64,000 nt of DNA from Schmidtea polychroa (Eukaryota): NCBI GenBank assembly GCA_044892525.1, contig CM097886.1:158286001-158350000 (forward strand). The letters run 5' to 3'. Position numbers and translations under genes: made by a program. The notes below the pieces were generated by a model. It saw nothing but the letters and a program-made list of their open reading frames with translations. It made no database searches and had not been told where the DNA came from. Within the stretch, counting starts at the first letter, position 1. Each line of letters begins with the position of its first letter. Below, piece by piece: positions 13,148 through 28,500 of this stretch.

Positions 13148-16100
13148 CTCCAAATATCGCGACTAGAAAGCCAAACTAAGCTTAATACTCACCTTAACCA
13201 TTTTGTGGAGCTATCAATCTTTATAATGTTCAATCTTTTCTGACAAATTCTATATTGAGTCTCTAAGACTCGAATATTTAAAAAGAAATTCCATTTTAAA
13301 ATCTGTAAATTTTGAATAACCTTATCATTAGTTTTTTTTAATTACTAATAAATGATTGGCAGACAATCAGGTTACAAACGATTAATTTAATATAAAAAAT
13401 AATATATGATTTATAATTGTTTATTTTATTCAATGACGACTAATGAAAAATAAATACTCATATAAATCATATGATTTATATAATTAATTAAAGATTATAT
13501 AATATAATTAATAAAAAATAATAAAAATAATAATAAAAGATTTTATTTTTTATTCATATTCAATTAGAAATTATTTTTAAAAGTTTATTGAACTTAGTGA
13601 AACTGTGTTATAGGATTTAGAGCAGATGATGATTTCTGCATTCTTATTCTTTCCTCGACAGTCTGAGTGTCTCTCATCATAATTCAATAGGTACAACGAG
13701 AATTTTAAACAAAAATTAAGCAGTTAACATTTCCTAGAAAAGTTAATAGTTAAATTGTCGGAATTATTTCTAAGATTTCATTTCATTTCGCAGTTAATTA
13801 TACTCAATTTCTTTAAAAGTTTATAGCTAACTGATTTTTGATCATCTGTAAATAATGTTTAAATAATCTTTCTTTAGTTCTTTCAGAACAATGAGGAATC
13901 TTCGAGATCATTCTTTTCAGAATTTGGAGATTAATTATTAATAATAAATAGAGACAAGAATTTATAGTCTGCAGTCATTTTTACAAAGAATCAAATTGAC
14001 AATTAAGGATTTCAAAATATGACTGCCCAATTATAGGAAATATCTACTGGAATATAATAAAACTTCACAATGCAAATTTATATTTATTTAAATTTATTTT
14101 GAAAATAATTGAACCAGACCCTTGGACTTTCAATCTTCGTGAATTTAATAATATTAATTAATATTAATTAAAACTTAAACTATATTTCTGACACTAGAGA
14201 AAATTATAACCAATTTAGTAATATTTAGGCAATTTGTTATATTGTTAAAAATTAAATAATATTATGGTAAATATGGTATATGAGAATGTGTTACACTGGC
14301 ATAATTTGGAAACGTTTATCAAATAGATTTAATTAGAAATTAAATAAACGTAGTTAGTTAAAAAAATATCAAATTTTAAATACCTTAAAAATCTTACAAT
14401 AATATATTTAATTTATAAATTTGATTATTTTTGTCTTCTTATGAGATGTGTAACTGTAATATTGAAAATAAACTAAGAATGTATGACAAATAAAAATTCA
14501 ATTCTCATTTACACTTGCAAAATCTTTTTACGTTTTTTAACATTTTCTGCATTATAAACAAATAATTCATTATAAATAAATAATTCATACAGACATTTTT
14601 TGATTCCCATCTTAAAGATACATTTTAATATATACTTAGATCAGAGCTTCTCAAACTTTTTTTACTTAGTGACATCATTAACCCTAGCAAATATTCTGCC
14701 GATGAAAATAGTAATATAAAATAAAATATTTATTATATCCAAAAAAATTTTATTTTGAAGCCAACCTAATGTTTTTTTAGTTATAATCTTCCGTTTTCTT
14801 GAAATTTCTACGACCCCAATTAAATCCTTTCGACCCACACTTTGAGAACCACTGACTTAGATGTTGTCAGAGATAACCATTTTCTATTTCAATACTAGTA
14901 ATTTTGGCTTTTAGTTATCAAAAGATGATTGGGAAAATGAATAATTTAATGTTATTTTACACAAATAATTTGATGAATTGTGTATAGATAAACTGTCATT
15001 TCACTATAATTTAAGGAATATTGGTTGTTTAATTTTTATTTCATATTATAAAATATTTATCAAATTCCTTTTAAATATCACCGTTTATTAATCCTCTATG
15101 ATATTTATAAATAAAAACTTATTTTCTAATAATATCTTAGACAATTCAACAATAAAACTTTACAAAATGCATAAAAAAACCAAGAATTTGTAGGTTTTCA
15201 CTTAAGTTTTAACAAACATCAGTATGAAACTTTAAGACATTGAATTTAAAAAGGAAGTTAATATGACATTTATTGGATATTTTCATCTTAGAAAATTTAT
15301 TTTTTTATTATTAATTCTGAAAATATCTGTCACAAATAGTAAAGGTTTCATCGAGCAGGAGGCTACTTGTACAAGAAATATAAATATTCATACAAAACAG
15401 ATACATAAATTAATTATGTAATGTATCTAATTTTAATTAAATAAGCAATTTATTTGTAATTGTTTGTTTAAAAAACATTTAAAAATTATCTTGATTGAAT
15501 CAGCTAAATTGTCATTTATAAAATTAATAGGGGACAAAAATTGAATAAATTCAAACAACAATTATGAAATAAATTTACTTTCATTTGTTTCATAATTGAT
15601 CTGATTTATTTTCAGTGTATAAAAGAAACAATAACGGAAGTGAGTTTTCTTAAATTGCTCCTAATTGCGTGATTTTCGGTTTCTTTATAAACATTTAATA
15701 AGAATTACTGCTAAATATTTTTATAAAATTTATTTATGTTGTAAATTTGCATATCATTGTTGTTGTGTTTTTGTTATTAACCGATTTGCTGAAATTTATT
15801 CTATGTAGCTAGCTCAATAATGAAATTGTAGATACCCGATAGGTAGTATTGGTATTATATTTTTTGTAACTATTTCTAGCATTGACTAAGTATTGCCTGA
15901 AACTTTTAATTAAATTGTAAAATAAATTTATTTATTAACAATCACGCAGTCTTTTTTTTAATTTAATACTTACTTTATTTAAATATAAAAAAATTAATAT
16001 TATTTTAATTTTATTTTATTAAACTTTAATGAAGTTATGTTTTTCGAGAAATAATTTGATAATTTTAATAAGATAATTAATTTTTTCTGTTATTTATAAT

Positions 16101-19100
16101 TTATCATTGGTAAAATTTACTGTAATTTCTTTTCACCGTGTCGATTTAGTTCAGCCACGCCTTGAAATTTTGTATTGCGAGAGAGTTCCAAATATTTGCA
16201 TTTTTCAATTAGAAATTTTAATAACTATTATTTGGAAATATTTTGAATAATATTACTGAAAATTTCAGCTAATTATTAAAGCAAAGGATATAAAGGTTTT
16301 GACATTTAAATTAAAAGAGTTTATAACTAGTGTTGAAAATGTTAAATATTTTTATTAATATCAGTTTAGAAACTATTTTGTTTGCTGAAATGATCAAAAA
16401 TAAATTTAAAAATTAAATTACTAGTTGATACATTAGGGTTCGTTTTCTAGTTATACTATATAAAAAGATTAGTACGCATTGTAATTAAATTATAATTAAA
16501 TTGTAATTAAATCCTTTCAAAATTGACTTCATTTTGACGCGTTTTATTGCTCGTTTTATTTTATTTATCGAAATATCCATGTTTAAAATATTTTAAGATT
16601 TGATTTACAAAATTGGATTGTCTGACACCAGATTTTGCATATTAATAAATAGATAAAGAATAAAAGGATGAAATTCTAAACCAAAATGAAAATAATCTAG
16701 ACCTCGATCCAATTGACAAAGATTTTCTAATAAACTAAATTCAAACCATTTTTTCATTTATTAAGAGAGCGTAATAGGCAACAAGAAACTTTCGAAGAAC
16801 CTTTAAAAACGATCTTTCAAAGTAATAATCTCTAGTCATTTACGTTATCATGATCCAGACGGAAAATCTGCTAGATGATGCCATATATTTATATATTCTT
16901 TACATGAAGCATACTAAAGCTAAGATATTTTAAGTTCACCAATATAACTAGTTACATTATTTATATGTTTATATATAATATTTATAAAAGAAGTAATTTT
17001 TTCATAATATCTAAATTTATCTGAAAGCGGGATTTCCAGGGCAAATCCAATATAATATAGTAACAATATAAAACCAGTAACATAATATTTTAAATTAAAT
17101 TATTCAAACCCAACTAGCAATTTTAAAATTTCTCATAATTCATAATAGAAAATTTAATAAACCTCAATTGGAAATATATATTAATTAAAGAAAATTATGC
17201 ATTGTTAATCTCACCTGACAGTGAGGATTAATGAATGTTTCGGACAGCATTATCTTTCCTTTTCTATATGTTAATAATTTTAATAACTATTTACTGATAT
17301 TTTTTAATTAATTTAAGAATGGAGTAATTTCTAATAATAATCCACTGTGCTTATATATTCCTCTTTTTATTCTATTTTTATTCTTGTTTTTATTACTATT
17401 ATTATTACTACTTTATTATTATTATTACTTTTACTAATACTAATAGTTTTAAAAATTTAAAGTTTTTTGGTGATATCCTTTGCTACAAATTATTTTATTA
17501 ATGAAAATTTTTTTTATTTTATTTATTATATATTATGTTCGTGATTTGCAATTTATAAAATTATAATTAAAAAATGATTTATTTTAATAATAATTTAGAT
17601 CTTCAAAGAACAAAGATTCTATATTGACCACAGATTGCGGGAATTAAGTGCATATGCTGACACGTCAGAGCAATTAGAGGAATTAGACAAGATTCAAGTT
17701 CGTTTTCTTATAAAATATTTTCTCATTTTATTGATAAATTATTATTAAGTTAATATTTTTATTTTTAGAGATATTGGTTGGAATCTATCGGAAAACTGAA
17801 TAAACGTATTGGACGTTTGGCAGATATCAGTAAACGTATCGAAGATGTTGAAGTTACATTGAAAGAATATGAGGTAGACTTTTAGATTTTAAATTTAAAT
17901 TTAAAATTTTAACAAATATTTAACAACCTTTGTTTTAAAATATCGTATTAATTTTACAAAATCTTTTGTATAAAAAGAAAGCTACTTTTTTACTGATTTT
18001 TTCAATTTTAGTTTTAATAACTACAAAATTAATTAAAAAAAAGTTTAATGTTGGATTTATGTCAACAGTAACCACTTATGCGAATGAGAATTTTGGTGGT
18101 TATATTTGCCTAGAAGAGAGTACCAGAGAGAAATTATACAGTTAGGAGTAATAGAAAAATAGTATTGCTAAGAAAAAGCACAAAATAAAGTCCTATCAAC
18201 AAACGGTGCTATTCATAGGAAATCGTTTGCAACAAACTGAGAACACACAAAATGGAATTTGTCGCATTAAGACATTAACTATTAAGCAAAAATGAAATAG
18301 AATGTTTTACTTGAATTTACTTTTAAACTGTTGATCAAAGTGTTGTTTTATATTCAACAAAATGCTTTATGGTACTAAAAAAAGCAGTGCCCTTTAACTT
18401 ACTATCGAAATATTTATATATGTATATAATCGTATTACTTTGTTTATTAACCTTTTTGTCTGCAACACATTTTGAGATTTTGTGCTAGGTGTGAGCTCAT
18501 ATTTCAGTGATTGCGTGTTTTTTCGTGTTGAGCAGTTTGACGAATTTAGATGCAACGAGTTTTTTTGTGTAGAAAAGTTAACAATATTTTTTTTAAATTT
18601 AAGAATCATAGATAATAGAAAATACTCGCTCGGAGGTTATGGGGCACACATGTTTACGAGTATATACGTTTAGAGCAGTGAAAGGGTTAAATTCATTTTT
18701 TTATAATTTTTTAAACTAGTTTATAAATTTTGTTAATATTCTTTATTATTATGAATAACCTTGTAATATCCAAGTGAAATGAACAATTTGTTATTTTGAG
18801 GAAATTGGAAATACATATATATTTTTATTCCATAATGTGACATTACATATACATATATATCTTTCATTAAAAAACAAAGGGTTCGCTTATTTTACCACAA
18901 ACTAAATTATTTACAGATTGTCGTAATTATCAATGAACAAGGATGTGAAGTTGGTATTAGGGATCGTAATCCCGGATCCTTTTTTCAATTACCGGATTTC
19001 GGGATTGGGCTTTGTTAATCTCGGGATCCCGCCGGGATTAACCTAGTAGAATTTTGTTATTATTTATTTGGAAAAACAGAAAACATTGTACAAAATTTAA

Positions 19101-21178
19101 TTATAAAAGTTTTTTTTATTTAAGAAAAAAGAAAAAGAAAACTTTACATATTAAATTCACAAAATTTATTATTTATTATTATAATATTATAGATATAAAA
19201 AATATGGTAAGAAAAAAATACATTTTTTACTGACTTATAAAATGTTTATTTTAAATTAGTTTCTTTTTGACTGTTGGTGAAAAAATCCTCGAAGGAAACA
19301 CAATGAATCGACAGTATCTTCATTTAAACGTGATTAAAATTTAGTGCATAAAATTCCGGCAGCTGAAAAAGCTCGCTCCGAATTTATACTTGTAGGTGGA
19401 ATTGTTAACAAAAAATTATACACCATATTTAAATTAACACCGAGAGCACCTATACTTTCATAAAGTGCCATCTCTCTTTTTAAAACTAGATTTACGTTAT
19501 TTGCTGATGATCCAGATGGCATTGGTGATTTTACTAATCCGTTCCGAATTGCTAATTGTAACTGATTTTGCATTGGTATTGCCGTACTAGTTTCTGTTTT
19601 ATCATTCAAAATTGGAGATTCAGCTCTTCTGGCTTCTGTGCTTGAATCAGACACCCGTTCTAGAGTATTCTGAACAAATTTCCGTATACATAATTTGAAT
19701 GGCATCTTAAACACACTGAAATCTTCATTAATGCTGCTAGACTTGTATAAATATTGTAAGACACTAAAGAGTTCTGGACTTAGTTGTTCTTTAATGCGTA
19801 ATTTAAGCGCTTGTGACATTTGGTGATCCGTTATTGTCAGGTTTTTGTATCATGAACTGTAGTGCTGGTGTTGCGGTTAGTAAATTTGAGACCTTACGAC
19901 ACAATACGTCTACGTCAACTTCACGGGCTCCAGGGCCGATATAATATCGAGGATGCTCTTAAACTTTTCATTTGAGCAATAAATAGAAAATTTAAAATCT
20001 ATAAGACATTTCTGATTAGAAATCTTGAGAAAATTAAAACGTTCCAGCATAATGAATAAACAGATCTTCTAAAATGTACTTTGCAGAATGTCATTTTTAG
20101 TTGGGGATCGCTTGAACATGCGAACAGTCCTTTGCACTTTATCAATTACTAGAGAAATATTGGTTAGCAGATCTGCCTCGGTGTCTTTATGTATAACAGT
20201 AACTCAACATTCTTCTTGAAAACAAATATTTTCTACATAATCTGATTGGCTTGGGTCCTGTACATTATCAAAGTCTGTTGTTATTTCAACGTTGTCGTCA
20301 TTTTCATGAACAAAATTCTTTTTGTACAATACATCCAAAACTGCAAGCTATTTGTCATGAACAAGACACAATTGTTATTCTGGAGCGATAAGTTTACCAA
20401 CTTTTACCAGTAACAATGCATATGATATCATTGGTGAGAGACAAATTATATTTATCCAGTTTCTTACTTAGTAGCTCTACACATACTTCGGTTGTCATTT
20501 ATCCAAGCATACGGAGAAGACCCAAATTCCAGAATTTTGAAGTTACGATGAACATTGAAATTCACATACCTGCGAACTCGATTAGATGTACACTCATCAA
20601 ATGAAACACTAAACTTCCGTCCTTCCTTAATTTTGTACTCGATTTCTTATGACCGAATTTTCATAGCATAGTCATTTTTCGGTAAATTGTGTTCAGATTT
20701 TGGTAACTCAAATCCTTGTGCCTCAGTGCACTTCTTAGATAAATGGAAGTAACAAATACTAAAAATGGAAATCCATCTCGTGCTACTATTCTCGAAACTG
20801 TGGCTTTAAGTGATTTATCGTCTTTAATAGAAAAATAGTGTGTTAGTTTTCGTTTCTTGCATGTAGATGTAGTTGGATCATCATGTCCATCCGTTTTTCG
20901 CGTATATATTTTCGCGTGAATACTTTTTAAACGTGTATGAAGTCCCTTAGTAGATCCTCCTATCGTCTTAATAATTTGTGGATAGCGTTTGTATTTAGTA
21001 GATGTTTCTGTTTCTGATCTGTCGTAAAATTTTCATACTTCTGCTTTATTTGTCATCACTTTGTATATGGGATATAAATAAATAGTTGATCTAAAATGGA
21101 ATGAAATGAGATTTTCAAGCATAATGTTATTTTGAATAATTGCAAGATAAGACTATAAACATAAATTATATTATTAAG

Positions 21179-21245
<67 letters not shown>

Positions 21246-22482
21246 TTTATTTATTTATTTCATCCATTTCTTTGCATGCGTTTGGATTAATATTTGAAGT
21301 AATTGAACATTGATAACTAGAACTCGTTTTAATTAGTTTACGCTTTCGATATTTAGGAATAATTAATGAATTATAAATTAATTGAATTAGCATGGAATTA
21401 TTTTATTTGCAAAATTCAATTTCTTAGAAAAACTCATTTTTTATTGCAATCCTTTAAAAAATAAAATAATTGCAATTCTGAATTAATATTTATAAATAAA
21501 CAAATGTATATTTCGGGGGAGGGTAATCTATATTGAACCTCGTCCTATTGAGATTGACTCCATTGTTAGTTATATTGGTTGTAACAATACGATTTAATAT
21601 ATACATCTTTAATAGATAATTCTTTATACAGATTTATGTTTAGTTTGTCTTAATATAAAATAAATTATACTGTTTTCATTTATATTAACATTTTACACTA
21701 TAATTTACTTAGTATAATATCGAAGGCAAATCCAGGATGTTGAAAATTTGAGATTTGTCTTTTATTCAAATGATTTAAAGGATAAGTAACAATATTAACC
21801 GATAAATACAAGTTTTAATAATTAAGCTATAAATATTAATTTAAAAAAACAACAACTACTAATGTGATATCGTTTAAAAGGGATTGATTAACTAGTCTAC
21901 TTCAAATAAGTCCAATTTACAATATGTTTAGAAAACGTTTTGTTTGAGTGACAAAGGATACATACTAATAATTTTAGTAACAATGTTCATTTTTTCATAC
22001 ATTTTCACATTGGTGTATTTTTAATAAAAAGCACTTTTAAAACGTTTATATATTAAATTTTAATTACTTTTAAGTTATTACAAATTATTACAATTATAAC
22101 AAAATGTAATCCCATTTTGTTTGAACAGGAACACAAAATATATCATCATTAATTTTATGATTATTAATTTAAAATTTTTATTTATTCATAAATTACTTTT
22201 GAATGTTATTATGATTTCCAAATATTCTTACGAATAAATAATTATAATTAATTACATAAATGTTACTTTAATATCCTAATACATTGGCAGTAGCAAGATT
22301 ATCACTAGTAGTAGTATTTGTATCCAAATTTTGTTTATGGCAGTTATTTTTAAGAAAAATAAGATACACAATATGCATTTGACTTTTACATATTCATAAG
22401 CTTATCATCAATATGATATATTTATATTTTTTAAGTTTTAACTCATTCTTCATCAAATAACGACTAATTATTATAGAAAACG

Positions 22483-22564
<82 letters not shown>

Positions 22565-25500
22565 TCTATACTTTTCATCTAATGATATGACAACGGTCTA
22601 ATGGTTGTTGTTATAATAATAGGCTTTATTGTTGAAAGAAAAAAAATTGCCACCCAAAACTTTACCAAACAGAAAGTAAAAATTATGATACCATCATTTT
22701 ACCATTTTAATATTTGGTTCATTTATATTTTTTAAATCACCAATACTTTTTATAGATTATGTTGTATTTTCCTATATACAATGGCATCTATGATATTATA
22801 ATAAAATTATCATGACATTTTCATTATAACTTGATATTTATTTGTATTTTATGTAACATTCTGTTACGTATTAAATAAAAATTTACCTATTGTCCCAATG
22901 AAAATAAATGAAAATATTGAAGAAAAGAAAAAATAAATCAGGGATGAGTAAAAAAAATAATGATTTAGTTTAAAATGCAATATCTTCTTTTCTACACAGT
23001 TTTCTATTCAATTAATTAAAATTATAAACCAATTATTGTCACAGCCTCCTTTTAAAGAATACTTAAGAAAATGTGTATCAAGCTTAGTGTATAATGAAGA
23101 ATTTAATAAATAAAATAATCCAGAGTCTTATAAAAAGGAAGGAAAAATATTGAAAACATTCAATAAATGGTATTTAAGATAAAATAGAATGATAATATAT
23201 GAACATTTAAATGATTACCATAGAATTTAAACATTAAAACAAATCTTTTTTTAGAAGGATATATTTGTTGCAATAAGTTATATAATTAAAATTACTATTT
23301 CAAAGTAAAGTATGAAAGTGTTAAATTTATAATAATGTAATTTTTAAAATTTAATTTTTTCCCTTTCTCTAACGTTTTACCATCAATCATCAATTGTCAA
23401 TCGGTTAAATTATTCATATTTACACTTTGCCCATTTTGAGTGGAAGTAATACGTTTATTCTGACAATGTTTGCAGTATTTCCTGTAATGGAAACTGCATC
23501 TCAGTTTATTGCATGCATTTGATTCGGATGTATCATTAACTGGAAATATGTTATTTCATTTGAATCAAACTTCTGTATTTATATATATATATATATATAT
23601 ATACATAATGAATTGCACTAAATAACCAAAAATCACCGAAATTGCAAGTCAACATTTATTTGCATTATTCATTAGAAATAGAAATAGAGACTATAAATAT
23701 AAATTTATTTGGTTTAAAATCCTCAAACATGATTTTAAATTAAATAGTAAATCGACAATCTTTGAATAAATACGTTCAAAGAAAATGTAAACACAATAAA
23801 TGATAAACTTGACGAGATAAAACATAATATACAATAAATACTTTTTTTGTGATCTTTTTGAAATCTGCATTATTTGTCTAAACGGATTTTGTAAAAGAGT
23901 GTCAGTGATAAAATTAAAACGGATATTGAATTCATTGCTACACGAAATGTTTTATAGGATCCTTTGCAGGCAAAATTTAAGGTTTGTGAAAAGCTTTTTA
24001 TGTTATTTTATGTTATGTCAGTTGAATATTCTTAAATGAAATTTTTAAACCTTCTAAGTTTCAACGAGGTATTGGATAAATTTGTTGAAATTACACATCA
24101 AAGTATTTTTTAATGCAAAACTATTACATAATAATATAGTTTCCTTTTTAAAAAAATGTGAATATATGTGAAAGAATTAATTTTAATGTTGGTATTTCCG
24201 GATTTTCCAAAATATTTTTTAGAGTTCTCGTTATGCTTGTTGATTAAATATTCATTTCTTGTTTTATTGAAGTAAGTAATGTTGACAGAAAAATCAATTG
24301 AAATTTTTACACTAAATTCGATTTCCTTTAACTTAGTAATAGATTTTTATAAAATTGTTTTGCACAATCCCATAAAAATATCAAAACAATACAAATTGGT
24401 CTGAAATCGTGTTTTGATTTCAAAATCCAATTAGATAATGTATTTTGTGAGCCATTAAAAGTTTTTTATAGAAACTTTGACGATTCTTGAAAATTTCATT
24501 TTACTATCGCTAATTGCTCTTGAGAGAAAATTTAGAAATTTTCATTTTTTTGGGAAACTTACCAAAAATATTACTTGTGGTTTAATAGAAAATGAAAATA
24601 ATTAAAGATATATCTCTATTCATTATATGAATAAATTATGTATTAGTCTTATATTACTCCTCATTGAAATCCAATTCATATTCTATTTGATCACCTTTGA
24701 ACTGGTATGATTTCGCTGAACTGTTTCGGTTAAATTGCCAATATTAATTCCTCTATAATTCCCAGATGTGCTAGTCTGCGGAAAATTTGGAATGTTTGTC
24801 ATAACTGTTAGCTTAGGATAAATAATTATGTATAATTTGAGGCGTTATTAATTTACATTTACAACAATAATCCTGAATCTGTTCAAATTAAGTAGCCTTT
24901 AGAAATGTAATTAAAAAGTTTANNNNNNNNNNNNNNNNNNNNNNNNNNNNNNNNNNNNNNNNNNNNNNNNNNNNNNNNNNNNNNNNNNNNNNNNNNNNNN
25001 NNNNNNNNNNNNNNNNNNNNNNNNNNNNNNNNNNNNNNNNNNNNNNNNNNNNNNNNNNNNNNNNNNNNNNNNNNNNNNNNNNNNNNNNNNNNNNNNNNNN
25101 NNNNNNNNNNNNNNNNNNNNNNNNNNNNNNNNNNNNNNNNNNNNNNNNNNNNNNNNNNNNNNNNNNNNNNNNNNNNNNNTATTCACTGACTATTTACGAC
25201 TGGAATTTTTAATATTAGAACATTATTTTCCTAATTATTTAACAAAAGATAGATAACATCATAAAGTAAATTTTGAATAGTATAGAATTATAATAAAATT
25301 CGTCGTTCTCATACTTCTTTGGAATATTTTTTAATTGGTGATTGTATCGCTATTTACTTTGGTTTTTATTGTTTTCTTTAAATTAATGAAGCCCTTTATC
25401 AAAAATTATTGTATAAAACTAGCATGAGAAAATTATTAAATATTAATTTCTAAATTTCTTTCAATTTCTTAATGAGTGTTTTCCCGTTATTTTATTATAT

Positions 25501-28500
25501 ATATTTTGAATATATTTTGGATGGAAATATTTCGGATATGTGTACGTGCTACTTAATAATCTTTTAATTATAAAATAAACCAGTTTTTGATTTCTGTTAT
25601 ATATTTTATTATCAATTTTACCAAATAATTATTTATTCAATCATGTCGATTTTTATACTAATTAAATTGGCAGCAAATTATTAAATTTAATTTTTTTGGT
25701 TCCGTTAGACTTTACATTCTTAATAAAACATTTAATATGGATTTCATGTTATAACTTAATCATTTATAATAAATATTAATATTTCATTAGATCCAACCTT
25801 CAGAAAAGCTGCGAACGAAAGCTCTAAGATTCGTTTCTCAATTGGAAGAGGAACTCAGTGTGAATCTTCAGAAAGATAGACTGAGATTGACATCCTGTGG
25901 ACGTTTTGGAACTCAAGATACAAACATTTCTAAGAGTAATTCTAACAATTCAGTGACTCAGTTATTAAACCAAGATATGCTCACTACGCATGATAACTAT
26001 CGAGAAAGTTTAAAGACAGTTCGTGAACAATTAAAAGAAATTGGACGTAGATTAAACTCTGTGAGAATTTACATTGATGATAGCCGTCGAGGTTGTTTGT
26101 CAAAACTGTCAGAACGAATTCAGGTAAGATCTACTTTAAAATAGTAACGGACAATTAAAAAACTCATTAAGGATATCGATGACAAGTTAGCTGATTGTTC
26201 CCATATGTTAGCCGAGGTTCAATATATAATGGCATCTGGAATAGAGCATCAAAACACTGATTCAATTAATCTTAATTTTCTCATTGAAGCTCAGAAAAAA
26301 CGATTGGGAAAATATCAAAATGAATTTCAAACTCATTTAAGGTATATTATATACTATTTATTATTTAAAAGTAATATGAAATAATACTAAATATAACTTT
26401 TAATACTGAAATTTATTTGTCATTTTTAAAAAAAATATTTGAGTTGAAATACTAATTTTATTTTTGTTGAATTGTTCTATATAAGCTCTATGAATATAAC
26501 AACAAAACCAGAAGTTCGCTCAGGAGTAAGGGAACTGGAGTGTTTTTGGAGTAAACAATAAAGAAAATTTAAGGGAACTCTATAATACACAGATATAAGC
26601 ACCCTTATAATTCACTCTTGCTCAGGTAATTTAGTAGATCTAAGTCTTTTGATGGATTATATTTTGAAAAGTTTGTTTTTCTTTTTGATAGTTTATTAAA
26701 TTTATTGTCATTCAATATGAATTTTTTTTAATATTGACACAAAACATAATATTTTATAATCTTAAGTCCTTTTCCAAATTTCTATAAATCATTTTGTGTC
26801 GATCATATTGTACGATAAAAAACGATGAGTAGCATCATGTTCTAATGAATTGTTAAGAGAATAAATATTTGATGGGAAAAGGATATTAAATCTAGATGCC
26901 CATGGGAACAAAGGCCTAAGAAAGCTTGGGAAACACTAAATCATTCTTGAAAGAAAATTAAATTAACTATCTAATCTGTATAACAATTAATAACAAACTA
27001 ACTATTGCATCTAAAAAAATTTTGTAAATTTTCATATATTTTGCCTATAAGAAAATTTTTTGTAACTTATTCAATAATGGGTTTCCCTTTATTTCTGATG
27101 ATTGCAGTCGAGTATCATTCATTAATAATTTGCTGAGCATTTTCAGACAGAATAAATTCCTTCTAAACATCTTTTATTTAAAATAATTATTTTAACCAAT
27201 CAAAATGCAGCAAATCTATTTGATCGATTTGTCAGTGAATTTTACCAAAAAAATAAAATTCCATTATATCAATCACATTGATCGTCGATTTTATTTTCCT
27301 AACTTTACGTTTGTATATTTTGATTATTCTACAAACAATTAATTGGATGATTATTAATGAGCATTATTAGACGAAATGCGAAAATCCAGTGAGAGAGACT
27401 GTTTTTTTTTCTGATAAGAAATTGTTTTTAATTTAACTTGTTCTCAATTTTGATTTGGTTTATAGCAAATGGATGGAAAACGCATCAAGATGGCAAGAAT
27501 TCATCGAGAAATTGGAAAAATTACAAACCGATCTTCAAGCAGTTGAACAAGATTTGATATCCTTTGAAAATGGAATAAACTTTACTGATCAGGAAATGAC
27601 AGAGATCAAGGTGAGATTTCATTGTTTTATAAATAAAAAAGACTAATATCATGTTAAGAAAGTAATTAAATTTTATTTCAAAAAATCATCACATTTTATT
27701 AGAAATATATATTATAATGACAAGCTTCATTTAATATGACCTTTGCAAACAATATATTTTTCGTAAAATAAGAAATAATTTTCCAAATATTAATAATTTT
27801 AAAATTTGGTTGAAATTTATTTTTATNNNNNNNNNNNNNNNNNNNNNNNNNNNNNNNNNNNNNNNNNNNNNNNNNNNNNNNNNNNNNNNNNNNNNNNNNN
27901 NNNNNNNNNNNNNNNNNNNNNNNNNNNNNNNNNNNNNNNNNNNNNNNNNNNNNNNNNNNNNNNNNNNNNNATGATCTTCCATTTCCCAATGACATTTTAA
28001 TTCTTTAATTACTGAATAAAATAGATTATGTTCGTTTAGAGAAGAATTCCACATTTATTGACATCATAAATTTAATGAAAATTATTGTCATTGTATTAAT
28101 TTAAATAAGAATTCATAAAATAATCTATTTAATCTTTATTAATTAACAAAAAATTCGTATTCGCTAAAAATATATTTTATGTTCAAGGTTTCGAAAATCC
28201 TTAATTATTTGCTGAATAAAATTGGTTTAGGTAATTAAGTTGTGATTTTGTATTATTGTGTTTTTAATTTTATTTTTACTTTAATAAAAAACTTTTAACA
28301 AATGAATTCTTAAAATTTTTTATCATTGTCAACAATGTACTTATATTGAATATCAGAATTTTAGTTAAATTATTCTATTGATTTTGTAATTATTAGTTTA
28401 TTTAATAAATATTTGTTGAATTTAACAAGATTTATTTAAATTAATAAAGTTACTTATATTTCATTCGTATTTTCAACCATATCTTATTAGTTACCTTCAA

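Noticed and set aside
26490-26940. Possible hAT MITE ends (TTGGGAAACACT at about 26925; also CCAAGGGTTCTCAAA at 51655)
   Set aside because: No matching partner end or TSD found.
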